DNA of 64,000 bases from contig JAFGES010000065.1 in NCBI GenBank assembly GCA_016931455.1, positions 2,097 through 66,096 of the forward strand, written 5' to 3'. The notes below the pieces were generated by a model that worked only from the letters and a program-made list of their open reading frames with translations, was not told the origin of the DNA and did not search any database. This stretch comes from Desulfobacterales bacterium. GTDB taxonomy: Bacteria; Desulfobacterota; Desulfobacteria; Desulfobacterales; JAHDSC01. Shown piece after piece: positions 45,836-55,503 of the stretch. Each line of letters starts with the position of its first letter. Within the stretch, counting starts at the first letter, position 1. The position numbers and the translations under genes are program-made.

Positions 45836-46090
45836 CTATCTCGATTCCATGAAATCTTTTCTTATTTCATCCCATGCCCTTCCTTGTTTTGGATTTGCAT
45901 GATATGAATCAATCCTTCTATTCAATTCGATTTTCTGTTCATCTGTCATTTCAGGATATTCATTATTCTGTGCTATGCTATTCCATATTTCTTCTACGAT
46001 TAATATTTTTTCCGGTATACTTAATTTTTTTATTTTATCGATAGTCTCATGATTTATCTCCATAACCTTTTTCCTTTCGATTGTAATCAA
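45836..46090 (-). CDS. Addiction-module antitoxin (TIGR02574-like)
   Basis: The sequence reads LSIPEKILIVEEIWNSI...TDEQKIELNRRIDSY. The likely start is MEINHE (46063). Confidence 0.7.
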   Translation of the reverse strand: MITIERKKVMEINHETIDKIKKLSIPEKILIVEEIWNSIAQNNEYPEMTDEQKIELNRRIDSYHANPKQGRAWDEIRKDFMESR

Positions 46091-46423
46091 AGAAATTCAA
46101 CAATTCTTGCCACTACTATGTACTCTCTTTCACCCGTTACACTATGTTACTGCAACCTTCCCAATTCTGCTTAAATACCGTTAGTTTCGGCATTATGTGT
46201 TATGTTCATCCTCTAACCATTTTTTCTTCATAACTATTTATATTTATATATAATAATACTTATTTTATTATCAGAGTTCTTTGAAAAAAACAATCAATTT
46301 AAGAAAACTTTATAATAAAAATCGGCAACAAAAAGGTGTATCCTTGATGATAATTCATATCAAGAATGGTGAGATTGAGGAAGAAAGGAGAGGAATCTAC
46401 TTTGTTGATAAATATAGGTCCGT

Positions 46424-46453
46424 GAAAAAAGCCGTTCGATGAAACGTGAACGG
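46424..46453 (-). terminator. Intrinsic terminator (second of a tandem pair after the tRNA genes)
   Basis: On the minus strand, CCGTTC pairs with GAACGG and is followed by CTTTTTTC. Confidence 0.4.
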
Positions 46454-46465
46454 TCAAGTTTTTAG

Positions 46466-46510
46466 AAAATATAAAAGCCGTTCCCACAATATGAATTTGT
46501 GAAAACGGCT
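46466..46510 (-). terminator. Intrinsic terminator downstream of tRNA-Glu
   Basis: On the minus strand, AGCCGTT pairs with AACGGCT (7 bp stem) and is followed by TTTATATTTT. Confidence 0.5.
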
Positions 46511-46541
46511 AGTAGGTAAAAATGTACCATGTGTTTGAAAT

Positions 46542-46619
46542 TGGCGTCCCCAAGGGGATTCGAACCCCTGTTGCCGGCGTGAAAGGCCGGTGTCCTGGGC
46601 CAGGCTAGACGATGGGGAC
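46542..46619 (-). tRNA. tRNA-Glu (anticodon UUC)
   Basis: The reverse complement is GTCCCCATCGTCTAGCCTGGCCCAGGACACCGGCCTTTCACGCCGGCAACAGGGGTTCGAATCCCCTTGGGGACGCCA. The acceptor stem pairs, the loop reads CTTTCAC, and CCA is encoded. Confidence 0.9.
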
Positions 46620-46636
46620 ATATTTGTTTTATGAAA

Positions 46637-46709
46637 TGGGCCGTGCGCGGCTCGAACGCGCGACTCTCTGCTTAAAAGGCAGATACTCTACCGACTGAGT
46701 TAACGGCCC
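46637..46709 (-). tRNA. tRNA-Lys (anticodon UUU)
   Basis: The reverse complement is GGGCCGTTAACTCAGTCGGTAGAGTATCTGCCTTTTAAGCAGAGAGTCGCGCGTTCGAGCCGCGCACGGCCCA. The acceptor stem GGGCCGT/ACGGCCC pairs. CCA is not encoded. Confidence 0.9.
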
Positions 46710-46787
46710 TTAAAAAAATACTAATAGATTATATTTGATGGTTTTGTCAATAAGAATTATGGTCCAGGAATAAAATTTTTAAAATTT

Positions 46788-48236
46788 TTATTTTCGCCAA
46801 AACTCCGGGACCAGTAAAATGATGACCGTATAAATCTCAAGTCTTCCCAAAAGCATGCACCATATAAGGAGCCATTTCCCCAGGTAAGGTATCTGCGCAT
46901 AGTTTTCAACCGGACCTACAATTCCAAAACCCGGGCCGATATTACCCATTGAGGCGGCAACGGCTGCAAATGATGTCGTAAAATCGACTCCCAAGCCCGC
47001 AAGCAGGACGGAACAGAAGGCAAACAATCCCATATAAAGACCTAAGAATCCAAGGACGCTTCGCATAACATCTTCCGGCACGGCTTTGCCGGCAATTTTT
47101 ATATGCGTAACGGCATGGGGATGAATGAGCGAAAAGAGTTCTTTGTAGCAATATTTAAAATAAAGCATCACTCGAAGGCATTTCATGCCCCCACCGGTTG
47201 AACCTGCCGAAGCACCTAAAAACATGCATAAAAGCAAGATTAATTGAGACATGGCCGGCCATTGTTCATAATCGGCAGTCGCAAAGCCGGTTGTGGTAAG
47301 AATGGAAACAACCTGAAAAGCACCATAGCGCAGGGATTGGCCGATACTTTCATATACGGAACCGTAAATATTGAAACTCACCACTAAAATAAGAAGGATG
47401 ACGGTTGCAAGAAAAAAACGAAACTCGGAATCGCGCCAGAAAGCCGATGGTTTACCCCTGAGCAGCTGATAATGAAGTGAAAAATTAATTCCGGCAAGCA
47501 ACATAAATATGATGATGATAATATCGAAATAGATGCTGTTAAAATGGGCAATGGAAGCGTTTTTCGTCGAAAATCCACCCGTCGGCATAGTGGTGAAGGT
47601 ATGGCAGAGGGCATCATAAAGATCCATGCCGCCTGCCATGAGAAGAATCGTTTCCGCCAAGGAAATAAGCGCATAAACTTTCCAGAGGATCATTGCCGTA
47701 TCTCGGATGCGCGGTTTAAGCTTGTCCGGAACCGGACTGGGAACTTCCGCCTTGTAAAGCTGCATGCCGCCGACACCTAAAAAGGGCAAAATAGCCAGTG
47801 AAAGGACGATGATACCCATTCCACCGAGCCATTGGATAAAACTACGCCAGAACAAAAGCCCTTTGGGTACGGCTTCTATGTCTGTTAAAACCGATGCTCC
47901 GGTGGTGGTAAATCCTGAGACGGACTCGAAAAACGCGTCCACAAAATGATCGAAAATTCCTGCCGCGCTAAACGGAAGGGCGCCGAAAAGACCGGCAGCC
48001 GTCCAGCCGATGGCGACGATTGCCATTCCTTCACGCTGGCTTATAAATTCGGTCTCGGATTTCCTGAAACAGATGTAGAGCAAAGAACCGACCAAGACTG
48101 TTATTCCCATTGATTTAAAGAGGGGGATGACACTTTGATCCTTATAAAACAGACCGAAACAAATGGGGAATATCATGGTCAACCCTAAAAAAAGGGTCAA
48201 TATACCGACCACTTTAAAAATATATCGCCATCGCAT
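46788..48236 (-). CDS. trkH: Potassium uptake protein TrkH
   Basis: 482 aa and polytopic, with the repeated pore-loop pattern typical of TrkH/KtrB. It abuts trkA. Confidence 0.9.
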   Translation of the reverse strand: MRWRYIFKVVGILTLFLGLTMIFPICFGLFYKDQSVIPLFKSMGITVLVGSLLYICFRKSETEFISQREGMAIVAIGWTAAGLFGALPFSAAGIFDHFVDAFFESVSGFTTTGASVLTDIEAVPKGLLFWRSFIQWLGGMGIIVLSLAILPFLGVGGMQLYKAEVPSPVPDKLKPRIRDTAMILWKVYALISLAETILLMAGGMDLYDALCHTFTTMPTGGFSTKNASIAHFNSIYFDIIIIIFMLLAGINFSLHYQLLRGKPSAFWRDSEFRFFLATVILLILVVSFNIYGSVYESIGQSLRYGAFQVVSILTTTGFATADYEQWPAMSQLILLLCMFLGASAGSTGGGMKCLRVMLYFKYCYKELFSLIHPHAVTHIKIAGKAVPEDVMRSVLGFLGLYMGLFAFCSVLLAGLGVDFTTSFAAVAASMGNIGPGFGIVGPVENYAQIPYLGKWLLIWCMLLGRLEIYTVIILLVPEFWRK

Positions 48237-49601
48237 TTAAAAGTACTCGAATTTAACCGTAAGGATTTTTTCAATTTTCGGTATCGCGGTTCTTCGCGCG
48301 AATATGATGATTCGATCTTCAGGCTGAATCACACTGTCACCGGAAGGAATGATAATATCATCTTTTCGGACAATACTCGTGACAATGACGCCTTTGGGGA
48401 AAGAAATTTGTCTTAAAGGTTTACCCACGATATCGGATGTTTCCAATGCCACCGTTTCCATGAATTCAGCTTGTTCCCCGCGAATTGCAATGGCTGAAAG
48501 CACTTTACCGCGTCGTATATGCTGTAAGATGGTGTTTATTGCGGAAAGCCTTGGGCTGACCACCTGTTCGATGCCGATCGTCGACATCAGCGGCAAGTAG
48601 CTGAATTTAGTTATTTTGGTTATTGTTTTGCGCGCTCCCATTCGTTTGGCAAGCAGTGAAGATAGAATATTGGTTTCTTCTTCGTTGGTCAGTGTAATCA
48701 CAACGTCCATATCCCGGATATTTTCTTCATTCAAAAGCCTTTGATCCGAGCCGTCGCCATGAAGTACGATCGCCTTATTTAATTGTTGGGCAATTTCAGT
48801 ACATCGATCGGCATTTTTTTCAATGATTTTTGTATAGATTGATTTTTTCTCCAAAAGGCTTGCCAATCGCAGGCCTATTCGTCCGCCACCGATAATAAGA
48901 ACCCGATGCAACGGTTCCGAACGTTTGTCGAAAACGCTGAGTGTATCTAAGACTTTGGCTTCTTCACAGATACAATAGATGAGATCACCTGCCATTAATT
49001 GGTCCGTACCTCTGGGGATGATTAACTCGTCGTCTCGGACAACGGCTGCAATCAATGGACTTTGTTTGTTTATTTTTGCGGGAATCTCTGAAAGTTTTAA
49101 GCCATCCAGTTTTGCGCCCTTATCGAGATGAATTCCGATAAATTTAACGCGACCATCGGTAAACTCGCCGATATCGACGGCACCGGGTACATTCATAAGT
49201 CTTTCAATGGTCTTGACAACTTCTATTTCAGGGTTAATCAAAGTGTCAATATGGGGCGCATAGGTTCGAAAAGTATCATGATACCGATCATAGTCGGCGT
49301 TTCGCAGACGGGCCATTTTCTTTGTCGACGGCGAAATAATATTTGCAATCAGGCATGCCACCAAGTTTATTTCGTCACTGTCGGTCACCGCCAGGAGAAT
49401 TTCCGCATTTTTTATACCCGCTTCTTCAAGAACGACCGGACTACTTCCGGGGCCTTGCAAGACCTGCACATCGATATTGTCGGAAACCCGCCGAAGTGCT
49501 TCAGAACTTTTATCAACTACCACAACATCTTTGTTTTCAAGTGAAAGCCGGCTCGCAATTTGAAAACCCACTTCCCCTGCACCAACAATTATGACTCTCA
49601 A
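48237..49601 (-). CDS. trkA: Potassium uptake protein TrkA (two RCK/NAD-binding modules)
   Basis: Rossmann motifs VIIVGAGEVG and VLIIGGGRIG are both present. The ORF has a TTG start. Confidence 0.9.
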   Translation of the reverse strand: MRVIIVGAGEVGFQIASRLSLENKDVVVVDKSSEALRRVSDNIDVQVLQGPGSSPVVLEEAGIKNAEILLAVTDSDEINLVACLIANIISPSTKKMARLRNADYDRYHDTFRTYAPHIDTLINPEIEVVKTIERLMNVPGAVDIGEFTDGRVKFIGIHLDKGAKLDGLKLSEIPAKINKQSPLIAAVVRDDELIIPRGTDQLMAGDLIYCICEEAKVLDTLSVFDKRSEPLHRVLIIGGGRIGLRLASLLEKKSIYTKIIEKNADRCTEIAQQLNKAIVLHGDGSDQRLLNEENIRDMDVVITLTNEEETNILSSLLAKRMGARKTITKITKFSYLPLMSTIGIEQVVSPRLSAINTILQHIRRGKVLSAIAIRGEQAEFMETVALETSDIVGKPLRQISFPKGVIVTSIVRKDDIIIPSGDSVIQPEDRIIIFARRTAIPKIEKILTVKFEYF

Positions 49602-49772
49602 CCGATAGACTCCCTCATTTTTTCAATATTATTCTTATTAGGCCTTACTATAGACAAGCGAGTGTGTCAATTCCCGACATGTAACACGCAATTAAACAAA
49701 CACTCTTTCTGAAAAGAAAATTGGTAAAAATTATGAACTTCAAAAGCTCTGAAGAAAATGGAAGGTTGGAAT

Positions 49773-50528
49773 CTAAATTTCGACAACCAAAATGCATAGG
49801 CAAATGACGAAAAAAAAGGCTATCCAGTCATTTTTCTTGGAAGAAAGGTCGGGATCGGTCCGATTTTCAGAATAACACCTTGCTTCCATAGCAACGGCTA
49901 AATTATTTGCATTTTGAAAAGTTTTAAAAATCAGCGGTACGGCAAGTTTCACCAAGCGATAGATTGGATTTTTTCTGTTTTCAATGCCTCGTGCCCGCTG
50001 TGCATCAGAGGTCTCTTTTGCTTGTGCAAGGATGACCGGTACAAAACGCATGATCAAACCGATCATGGTTGCAACCTTCTTGCCGGGAATAAACGGAAAC
50101 GGTTTCAGAAACCAGGCGACAGCCGTTCTAATCTCGGAAGGTCGAGTTGTTGAGACGAATATTAAACCCAGGAGCACAACCAATGCCAGCCGCCAACAAA
50201 TTAGGATACCATCATAGAGCCCCTGTCGGCTGATCGATAGAAGCTTAAATTCAAACACGGGTGTTCCGGGGGTCGACAATGCGCGTGCGATCAATACGAA
50301 AAAAAGTAAAACAAGAAAATAACGGAGTTCTTTTAAAATAGATATTAAGGACAGGCGTGAACTTTTTATTAGGCATAGAAATAAAAACGTCAATAGGCAA
50401 AGTGCCGGTGGATCGGCCTGCATACCTGTAAGGCTGATAAGGATTAAAAATATAATTTTAAAGCGAACATCGAGTAAATGCAAAAATGATCGACCGGGAT
50501 GATAACTAAAAGCGGTTAAATCAGCCAT
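49773..50528 (-). CDS. ecfT: ECF transporter transmembrane (T) component
   Basis: 251 aa, CbiQ/EcfT-like, with the motif ARGIENRKNP. It overlaps the upstream ATPase gene. Confidence 0.8.
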   Translation of the reverse strand: MADLTAFSYHPGRSFLHLLDVRFKIIFLILISLTGMQADPPALCLLTFLFLCLIKSSRLSLISILKELRYFLVLLFFVLIARALSTPGTPVFEFKLLSISRQGLYDGILICWRLALVVLLGLIFVSTTRPSEIRTAVAWFLKPFPFIPGKKVATMIGLIMRFVPVILAQAKETSDAQRARGIENRKNPIYRLVKLAVPLIFKTFQNANNLAVAMEARCYSENRTDPDLSSKKNDWIAFFFVICLCILVVEI

Positions 50529-51265
50529 GATCCGATCTCCAAGCCGAGCCGAGAAGTACAGGGTTGTCTGACACCGAATGCCTCAGTTTCCGTCACGATT
50601 TTATTCGGCAATCCATCTCTTACAATTTTTCCTTTTTGCATGATAACCAGTCGATCAGCATGGGCAAGGACCTTTTCAAGGTCATGGGTGGTGATTAGAA
50701 TCGTATGACCGGCCTGGTGTAGAGTAAGAATTTGTTCTAAAACCTGCTTGACCCCGGGATAATCAAGGTTGGAAAAAGGTTCATCAAAAACGATTACTCT
50801 TGGTTTCATTGCCAGGATCCCTGCGATGGCCAGTCTTCGCTTTTCACCTCCTGAAAGTAAATGGGGTCGATGATCTGCAAGATCGATCAATCCGCCGGCT
50901 TCCAGGGCCATGGATACCCGTTGCTGAACCTCGCTTCTTTCCAGACGGAGATTTTCAGGTCCAAAGGCGACATCATCATAAACGGTTTCACCAATAATCT
51001 GACTGTCGGCATCTTGAAAAACCATACCGACCATCTGCCTGGCCCTGACAAAATCCTCCGATACCGAGATTCCGGCCAGTTTGACGCTGCCGGTTTGGGG
51101 TCGGAGAAGTCCGTTCAAATGCCTTAAAAGAGTTGTTTTGCCGGAGCCGTTCCTTCCGGCAATGACAATAAATTCACCTTCTTTAATTTCTATGTCGATC
51201 GCATCCAATCCTAAGGTCCCATCTGAAAAACGATGACTAAGACCCCTTATTTCAATGATATTCAT
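50516..51265 (-). CDS. ecfA: ECF transporter ATPase component
   Basis: Walker A GRNGSGKTT, signature LSGGEKRRLAIA, and Walker B VIVFDEP. Confidence 0.85.
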   Translation of the reverse strand: MNIIEIRGLSHRFSDGTLGLDAIDIEIKEGEFIVIAGRNGSGKTTLLRHLNGLLRPQTGSVKLAGISVSEDFVRARQMVGMVFQDADSQIIGETVYDDVAFGPENLRLERSEVQQRVSMALEAGGLIDLADHRPHLLSGGEKRRLAIAGILAMKPRVIVFDEPFSNLDYPGVKQVLEQILTLHQAGHTILITTHDLEKVLAHADRLVIMQKGKIVRDGLPNKIVTETEAFGVRQPCTSRLGLEIGSWLI

Positions 51266-51297
51266 ACCTTTTTCCTACTACGCAATATCTACCTGAT

Positions 51298-51831
51298 TTA
51301 TCTTTGCCCGATAACCGGTCGCAGACTTTTTGCAATGATGACGGCGGCAACGATTTTAAGCACATCACCCGGCAGGAAAGGATACATGCCTACGGCCAGT
51401 GTTTTGGTCAGAGTCATGCCGGTTATGGTTTTAAGCCATGCTATCCCGCATGCATAGATAATGATCGTACCGCAAACCACTGCAAGTGCATCATAAAACC
51501 TGCGATGATTCATTTTTTCGCTAATGAAACCGATCAGATAAACTGCCGGCAGATATCCCAGTAAATAGCCTCCGGTCGGTCCTAACAGCCGTCCTAATCC
51601 CCCTGTACCGCCGGCAAATACCGGAAGACCACTAGCGCCGGCCAGGAGGTAGACGGCAACACTTGCGACTCCCCACTTGCTTCCCAGGAGAAGGCCGGTA
51701 AGGAATATGAAAAGATTCTGGAGAACAATCGGAATCGGTCCGATGGGTATTGCAATGTAAGCTCCTGCTGCAGTTAAAGCGGCTAAAAGGGAAGCGTATA
51801 CCATCATTCGAAGTTGTTCGGCCTGATTCAT
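51298..51831 (-). CDS. bioY: Biotin transporter S component BioY
   Basis: 177 aa with 5-6 TM segments and a BioY-like pattern (PIVLQNLFIFLTGLLLG, GPTGGYLLGY). It sits between birA and ecfA. Confidence 0.85.
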   Translation of the reverse strand: MNQAEQLRMMVYASLLAALTAAGAYIAIPIGPIPIVLQNLFIFLTGLLLGSKWGVASVAVYLLAGASGLPVFAGGTGGLGRLLGPTGGYLLGYLPAVYLIGFISEKMNHRRFYDALAVVCGTIIIYACGIAWLKTITGMTLTKTLAVGMYPFLPGDVLKIVAAVIIAKSLRPVIGQR

Positions 51832-51846
51832 CCTGGGGTCAAGCTC

Positions 51847-52773
51847 CTATGTGTTTTGTAAAAAACAATCCCCATAAATCACCTTTTTGGTTGAACCATC
51901 TGCAAGTCTTAATATCAGTGCACCGTTTTCATCGACATCAATTGCAATTCCTTCGGTGACATCTTGCGTCGTGACGATTCGTACCGATTGATTAAGGGTC
52001 ATTGTGTATTTTTTCCATTCGGGAATGATATTTTCAAAATCCGGATTTATCATTCGTTTTTCAAATTGATCCAGATATTCGGAAAGAATTTTCTTTCTTG
52101 AAATTTCATGGTTGAGTATTTTTTTCAATGAAATCGCGTTGGGTTCATTATGCGTTGGATCATTATTGACATTTAGGCCGATGCCGATATTTACGAAGGT
52201 GACCAAATCGGCCTCAGTCTCCATTTCAGAGAGCATTCCTGAAATTTTTTTGTTATTCACTAAAATATCATTCGGCCATTTTACCATGGCATTGATATTG
52301 AACATCGTGCGAAGCGTTTCCGCCAAAACCTGCGATGCCAGAAAATTGATTCGGAAGCATAGGACCGGTGGTATTTTTGGCCGCAGGATAAGGGTAAAAT
52401 AAAGCCCGCCGTCGGAAGAAAGCCATACTCTTTGCAGACGTCCACGGCCTTTTTTTTGTTTGCCTGATACAACGACTGTAAAATCAGGACATCCTTTTCT
52501 TGCCAGATCCCTAGCAATTTCCATGGTCGAGCCGACTTCATCAAAATAATGGATTTTTGACTCTCTCCCCGGAAATTCCCAAGGAAAAAGGGCGTCTAAA
52601 GAGTCTATAAGCCGGTATCCCTTCGGTGTGGCGATGATATTGTATCCGATTTCCTGCAGTTTGCGGATATGTTTCCAGATGGAAACCCTTGAGATCCCAA
52701 ATTCGGCGCTCAATGATTCACCGGATATAATTCCTGATGCTGCCCGCAATTGATTCAGTATGCGTGTTTTCAT
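51847..52773 (-). CDS. birA: Bifunctional biotin-protein ligase / repressor BirA
   Basis: An N-terminal wHTH (ISGESLSAEFGISRVSIWKHIRKLQEIG) is followed by the ligase motif GKQKKGRGRLQRVW. Confidence 0.9.
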   Translation of the reverse strand: MKTRILNQLRAASGIISGESLSAEFGISRVSIWKHIRKLQEIGYNIIATPKGYRLIDSLDALFPWEFPGRESKIHYFDEVGSTMEIARDLARKGCPDFTVVVSGKQKKGRGRLQRVWLSSDGGLYFTLILRPKIPPVLCFRINFLASQVLAETLRTMFNINAMVKWPNDILVNNKKISGMLSEMETEADLVTFVNIGIGLNVNNDPTHNEPNAISLKKILNHEISRKKILSEYLDQFEKRMINPDFENIIPEWKKYTMTLNQSVRIVTTQDVTEGIAIDVDENGALILRLADGSTKKVIYGDCFLQNT

Positions 52774-52792
52774 TTTAATAGAGATGTTTTAT

Positions 52793-52822
52793 GGTTAACC
52801 TCAAGAAAAATATTAGTTAACG
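52793..52822. promoter_or_regulatory. Candidate BirA operator
   Basis: GGTTAACC-N14-AGTTAACG resembles the TGTTAACC-N14-16-GGTTAACA type of bio operator. It lies 20-50 nt upstream of the birA start. Confidence 0.35.
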
Positions 52823-52919
52823 AAAGATACCGGCGCTGTCAACTATTTTTCATATTTATCCCTAAAAAAATGTGTTTTATATTCAATTAAGAAGGAATGC
52901 AATTAAGAGGGGAGAGAGA

Positions 52920-54095
52920 TTAAGCGGTCTGAATAAGTTTAGAAACGATCTTTTCTAATAAAAATTTCATAAAAAACCAATTTCCATCCTGTGACATTAC
53001 CCCGATAATCTGAAAATTTATCTGAGCGCTGCGTTCAGGGCCTAATATTAAAATAATTCTTTGGGGAGTATGAATGGTTAATTCCCGACATTGATCAAGT
53101 CCCTGTTTGGCCGAAGTTTCATCGGATAATTTAAAAATTGTATTGAAGGCAGAGCCCAAGCGATTAAGATCGATCGTTTCATCGATCGAATCATGGGCTA
53201 AAACGGCGCCGTCGCAGTTCATTATTCCGACGGATAGGTATCCTTTGATGGCTCTTAATTCTTTAATACAAGCTGTTAAAATAGGTTCGATCGCTTCTTT
53301 CCGGAGAGGTTTATAATCAATTTTGTTTGTGTTTTTCAATAGGTCGACTTTTTCTTTTTCATCGAATAAGCTTACATTTTTATCTGTAATTTCAGAATCA
53401 ATTTTTTCCTGCTCTTCTATAATTGTTTCATCCTGCAGCCAGGTTGCCTGAACTATGTCCATGAGATCGGTTTTGACTCGCCGCTTATTGATCCTTCTTA
53501 TCGGAAGTTCAGCGAATTTCAATTCTATATCTTCCCAATCGGCCATTTTAAGCGCAGCCTCTTCTCCATTCAAATCATTATAATGAGCATCGATCAGAAT
53601 GCCTTCTTTAAAATAAAGATAACCTTTTCCCTTGGTATTGGATTTAACCTCCAAACGGCAGGTCCTACATTCCAACTCGATAAGCGGGAGAAAAGTACTC
53701 AATGACATGCCTTTAAAGTTTGCTCCTTCATCTTTGAGGTTGAGACCGACAAATATAGATGATGTCAGTACCCCAAGATCCGTCGGCTTTTCGATATGAT
53801 AAAGAAGTTCTTCTTGCCCTTTTCTTTTTTTAAACCAGGGTTTTCCATATTCCGACATTATGATACAAGGGGTTGCGGGATGATTTTGGGTCATGTATGC
53901 CAAAAGCTCCAATCCATCCACTTTGGGTGTATTGATATCCGTTACAAATACGGATATACGCTCTCTTTGCAACAAATCAATTGCTTCTTGGCCATCTGAA
54001 GCAGTTAATACTTTAAATTGATGAAGATTGTTAAGACCTGCTTTAAGTTTGTTTAAATTGTCCTGATCACCATCAACGATGAGCACTTTATCCAT
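52920..54095 (-). CDS. Response regulator receiver fused to a PATAN/DUF4388-like domain and a C-terminal roadblock-like domain
   Basis: A receiver domain (VLIVDGD, VFVTDINTP) is followed by a middle region reading LPLIELECRTCRLEVKSNTKGKGYLYFKEGILIDA. The C-terminal domain call is tentative. Confidence 0.65.
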   Translation of the reverse strand: MDKVLIVDGDQDNLNKLKAGLNNLHQFKVLTASDGQEAIDLLQRERISVFVTDINTPKVDGLELLAYMTQNHPATPCIIMSEYGKPWFKKRKGQEELLYHIEKPTDLGVLTSSIFVGLNLKDEGANFKGMSLSTFLPLIELECRTCRLEVKSNTKGKGYLYFKEGILIDAHYNDLNGEEAALKMADWEDIELKFAELPIRRINKRRVKTDLMDIVQATWLQDETIIEEQEKIDSEITDKNVSLFDEKEKVDLLKNTNKIDYKPLRKEAIEPILTACIKELRAIKGYLSVGIMNCDGAVLAHDSIDETIDLNRLGSAFNTIFKLSDETSAKQGLDQCRELTIHTPQRIILILGPERSAQINFQIIGVMSQDGNWFFMKFLLEKIVSKLIQTA

Positions 54096-54257
54096 AGGAT
54101 TATTTTTCCGGCCTAATATCTGTTTGAATTGACTTGTAATCCAACATAATTACGATCAGTGACGAAGAAAAAAATACATGAAAATTTAATCGGTATCCTG
54201 ATGAATATTCTTTAGCCCTTAAGATATTGATAAATTGTTCTCAAATATGATCATCAT

Positions 54258-54641
54258 TCACTTTGTAAATATCATCAAATAAGGCCCGAATACTAATAAC
54301 CCGATAATGATGGAACCTATCGCGCTGATCAAAACCGCCCCAGCCGCAAGATCCTTTGCTTTTTCAATCAGTGGATGAAACTCCGACGAGGTTACATCAC
54401 AAAGAAATTCCAACGCGGTATTCAGGGCTTCAGCGGTCCATACGGCGATAACTGCAATAACGATCCAGCACCATTCGCTTCGGGTGATTCCAAATATTAT
54501 TCCTAAAAGACAAACAATTGCAGTAGCAATAAGATGAATTTGAGCGTTATGCTGGGAGGCCACCATCAACTTGATGCCGCGTAGAGCATAACTTAGGCTT
54601 TTAAGTCTATTTTTTAAATTAATTTTTGCGTTTTTGCTCAT
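54258..54641 (-). CDS. dgkA: Diacylglycerol kinase
   Basis: Three TM segments and the motif EALNTALE. The start is taken at MSKNAK. Confidence 0.8.
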   Translation of the reverse strand: MSKNAKINLKNRLKSLSYALRGIKLMVASQHNAQIHLIATAIVCLLGIIFGITRSEWCWIVIAVIAVWTAEALNTALEFLCDVTSSEFHPLIEKAKDLAAGAVLISAIGSIIIGLLVFGPYLMIFTK

Positions 54642-54743
54642 TAAATTCCGACGAACTCGAAAAATCAAAAAAAATAAATTTTACTTTCAATTAGCATGTT
54701 TGGCTCAAGCAAACAAGAATTCACGATTCATTGATCGACTGAA

Positions 54744-55307
54744 TTACAGTTTTTCAGGTTTCGTCATATTGATTTCGTTAACATCAAAGACAGGGTGTGT
54801 CCACTGAATTGCTTCTTTATAGGAAGGATAGGGTTTAGCCGTATGATCTTCCAGCCGCAGCGAAATGGGATTGGATTCAGAGCTGAAGTATAAAGCAATG
54901 GATTGCCAATCAATGGTGACGATTTGAGCCCACTCATTATCAAAATCCGTTATGATAACTCCCAGATCCCAGTCCAAGGCAAATATCGTATCATCAGAAT
55001 AAATCTTGCAGGTTGAAGAATCCCCATTTTCATTGTAATCATAAGATGCGGAACCATTTAGGGCCAAACTTACTAAATTGCTTAAGGCCATAATATAAGA
55101 TCCATAAGAACGGTTGGCTATAGATATTTGTTCTGTCTGAACTTTGATTGAACAATTTTCAACATTGGCGCTGAGGTTGGATCCGATACTTATTTCGGGG
55201 TTACAGAGGCAGGCATAGATCATCAAAATCAAAAAAATATTTTTATGATGGGCGATCCATTTCAACTTCAGGAAGGATAAAAATAACATTTTATACTGAT
55301 AGTTCAT
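54744..55307 (-). CDS. Hypothetical secreted protein
   Basis: 187-aa ORF with an N-terminal hydrophobic segment. No family was recognised. Confidence 0.5.
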   Translation of the reverse strand: MNYQYKMLFLSFLKLKWIAHHKNIFLILMIYACLCNPEISIGSNLSANVENCSIKVQTEQISIANRSYGSYIMALSNLVSLALNGSASYDYNENGDSSTCKIYSDDTIFALDWDLGVIITDFDNEWAQIVTIDWQSIALYFSSESNPISLRLEDHTAKPYPSYKEAIQWTHPVFDVNEINMTKPEKL

Positions 55308-55361
55308 GATTAATGCCCCCCCAAAAAATTATAAAAGTGTTTTTTCTTTAACTCTTAATAA

Positions 55362-55377
55362 GCATACGCTGTGCCAA
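55362..55377 (-). promoter_or_regulatory. Candidate sigma-54 promoter
   Basis: The minus strand reads TTGGCAC-AGCGT-ATGC. GG and GC are correctly spaced, with one mismatch in the -12 TTGC. It lies 55 nt upstream of the ATG at 55307. Confidence 0.4.
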
Positions 55378-55503
55378 TTTGCTTGAAGTTTTTAATTCTT
55401 TAATATAATTATATTTTTAGTGTCTTTTAGATGATATTCATGACTTGAAATTTTTATAAAATTGTGAAAAGTATTTCTCAATTATTGTATAGTTTTTTAT
55501 CAA

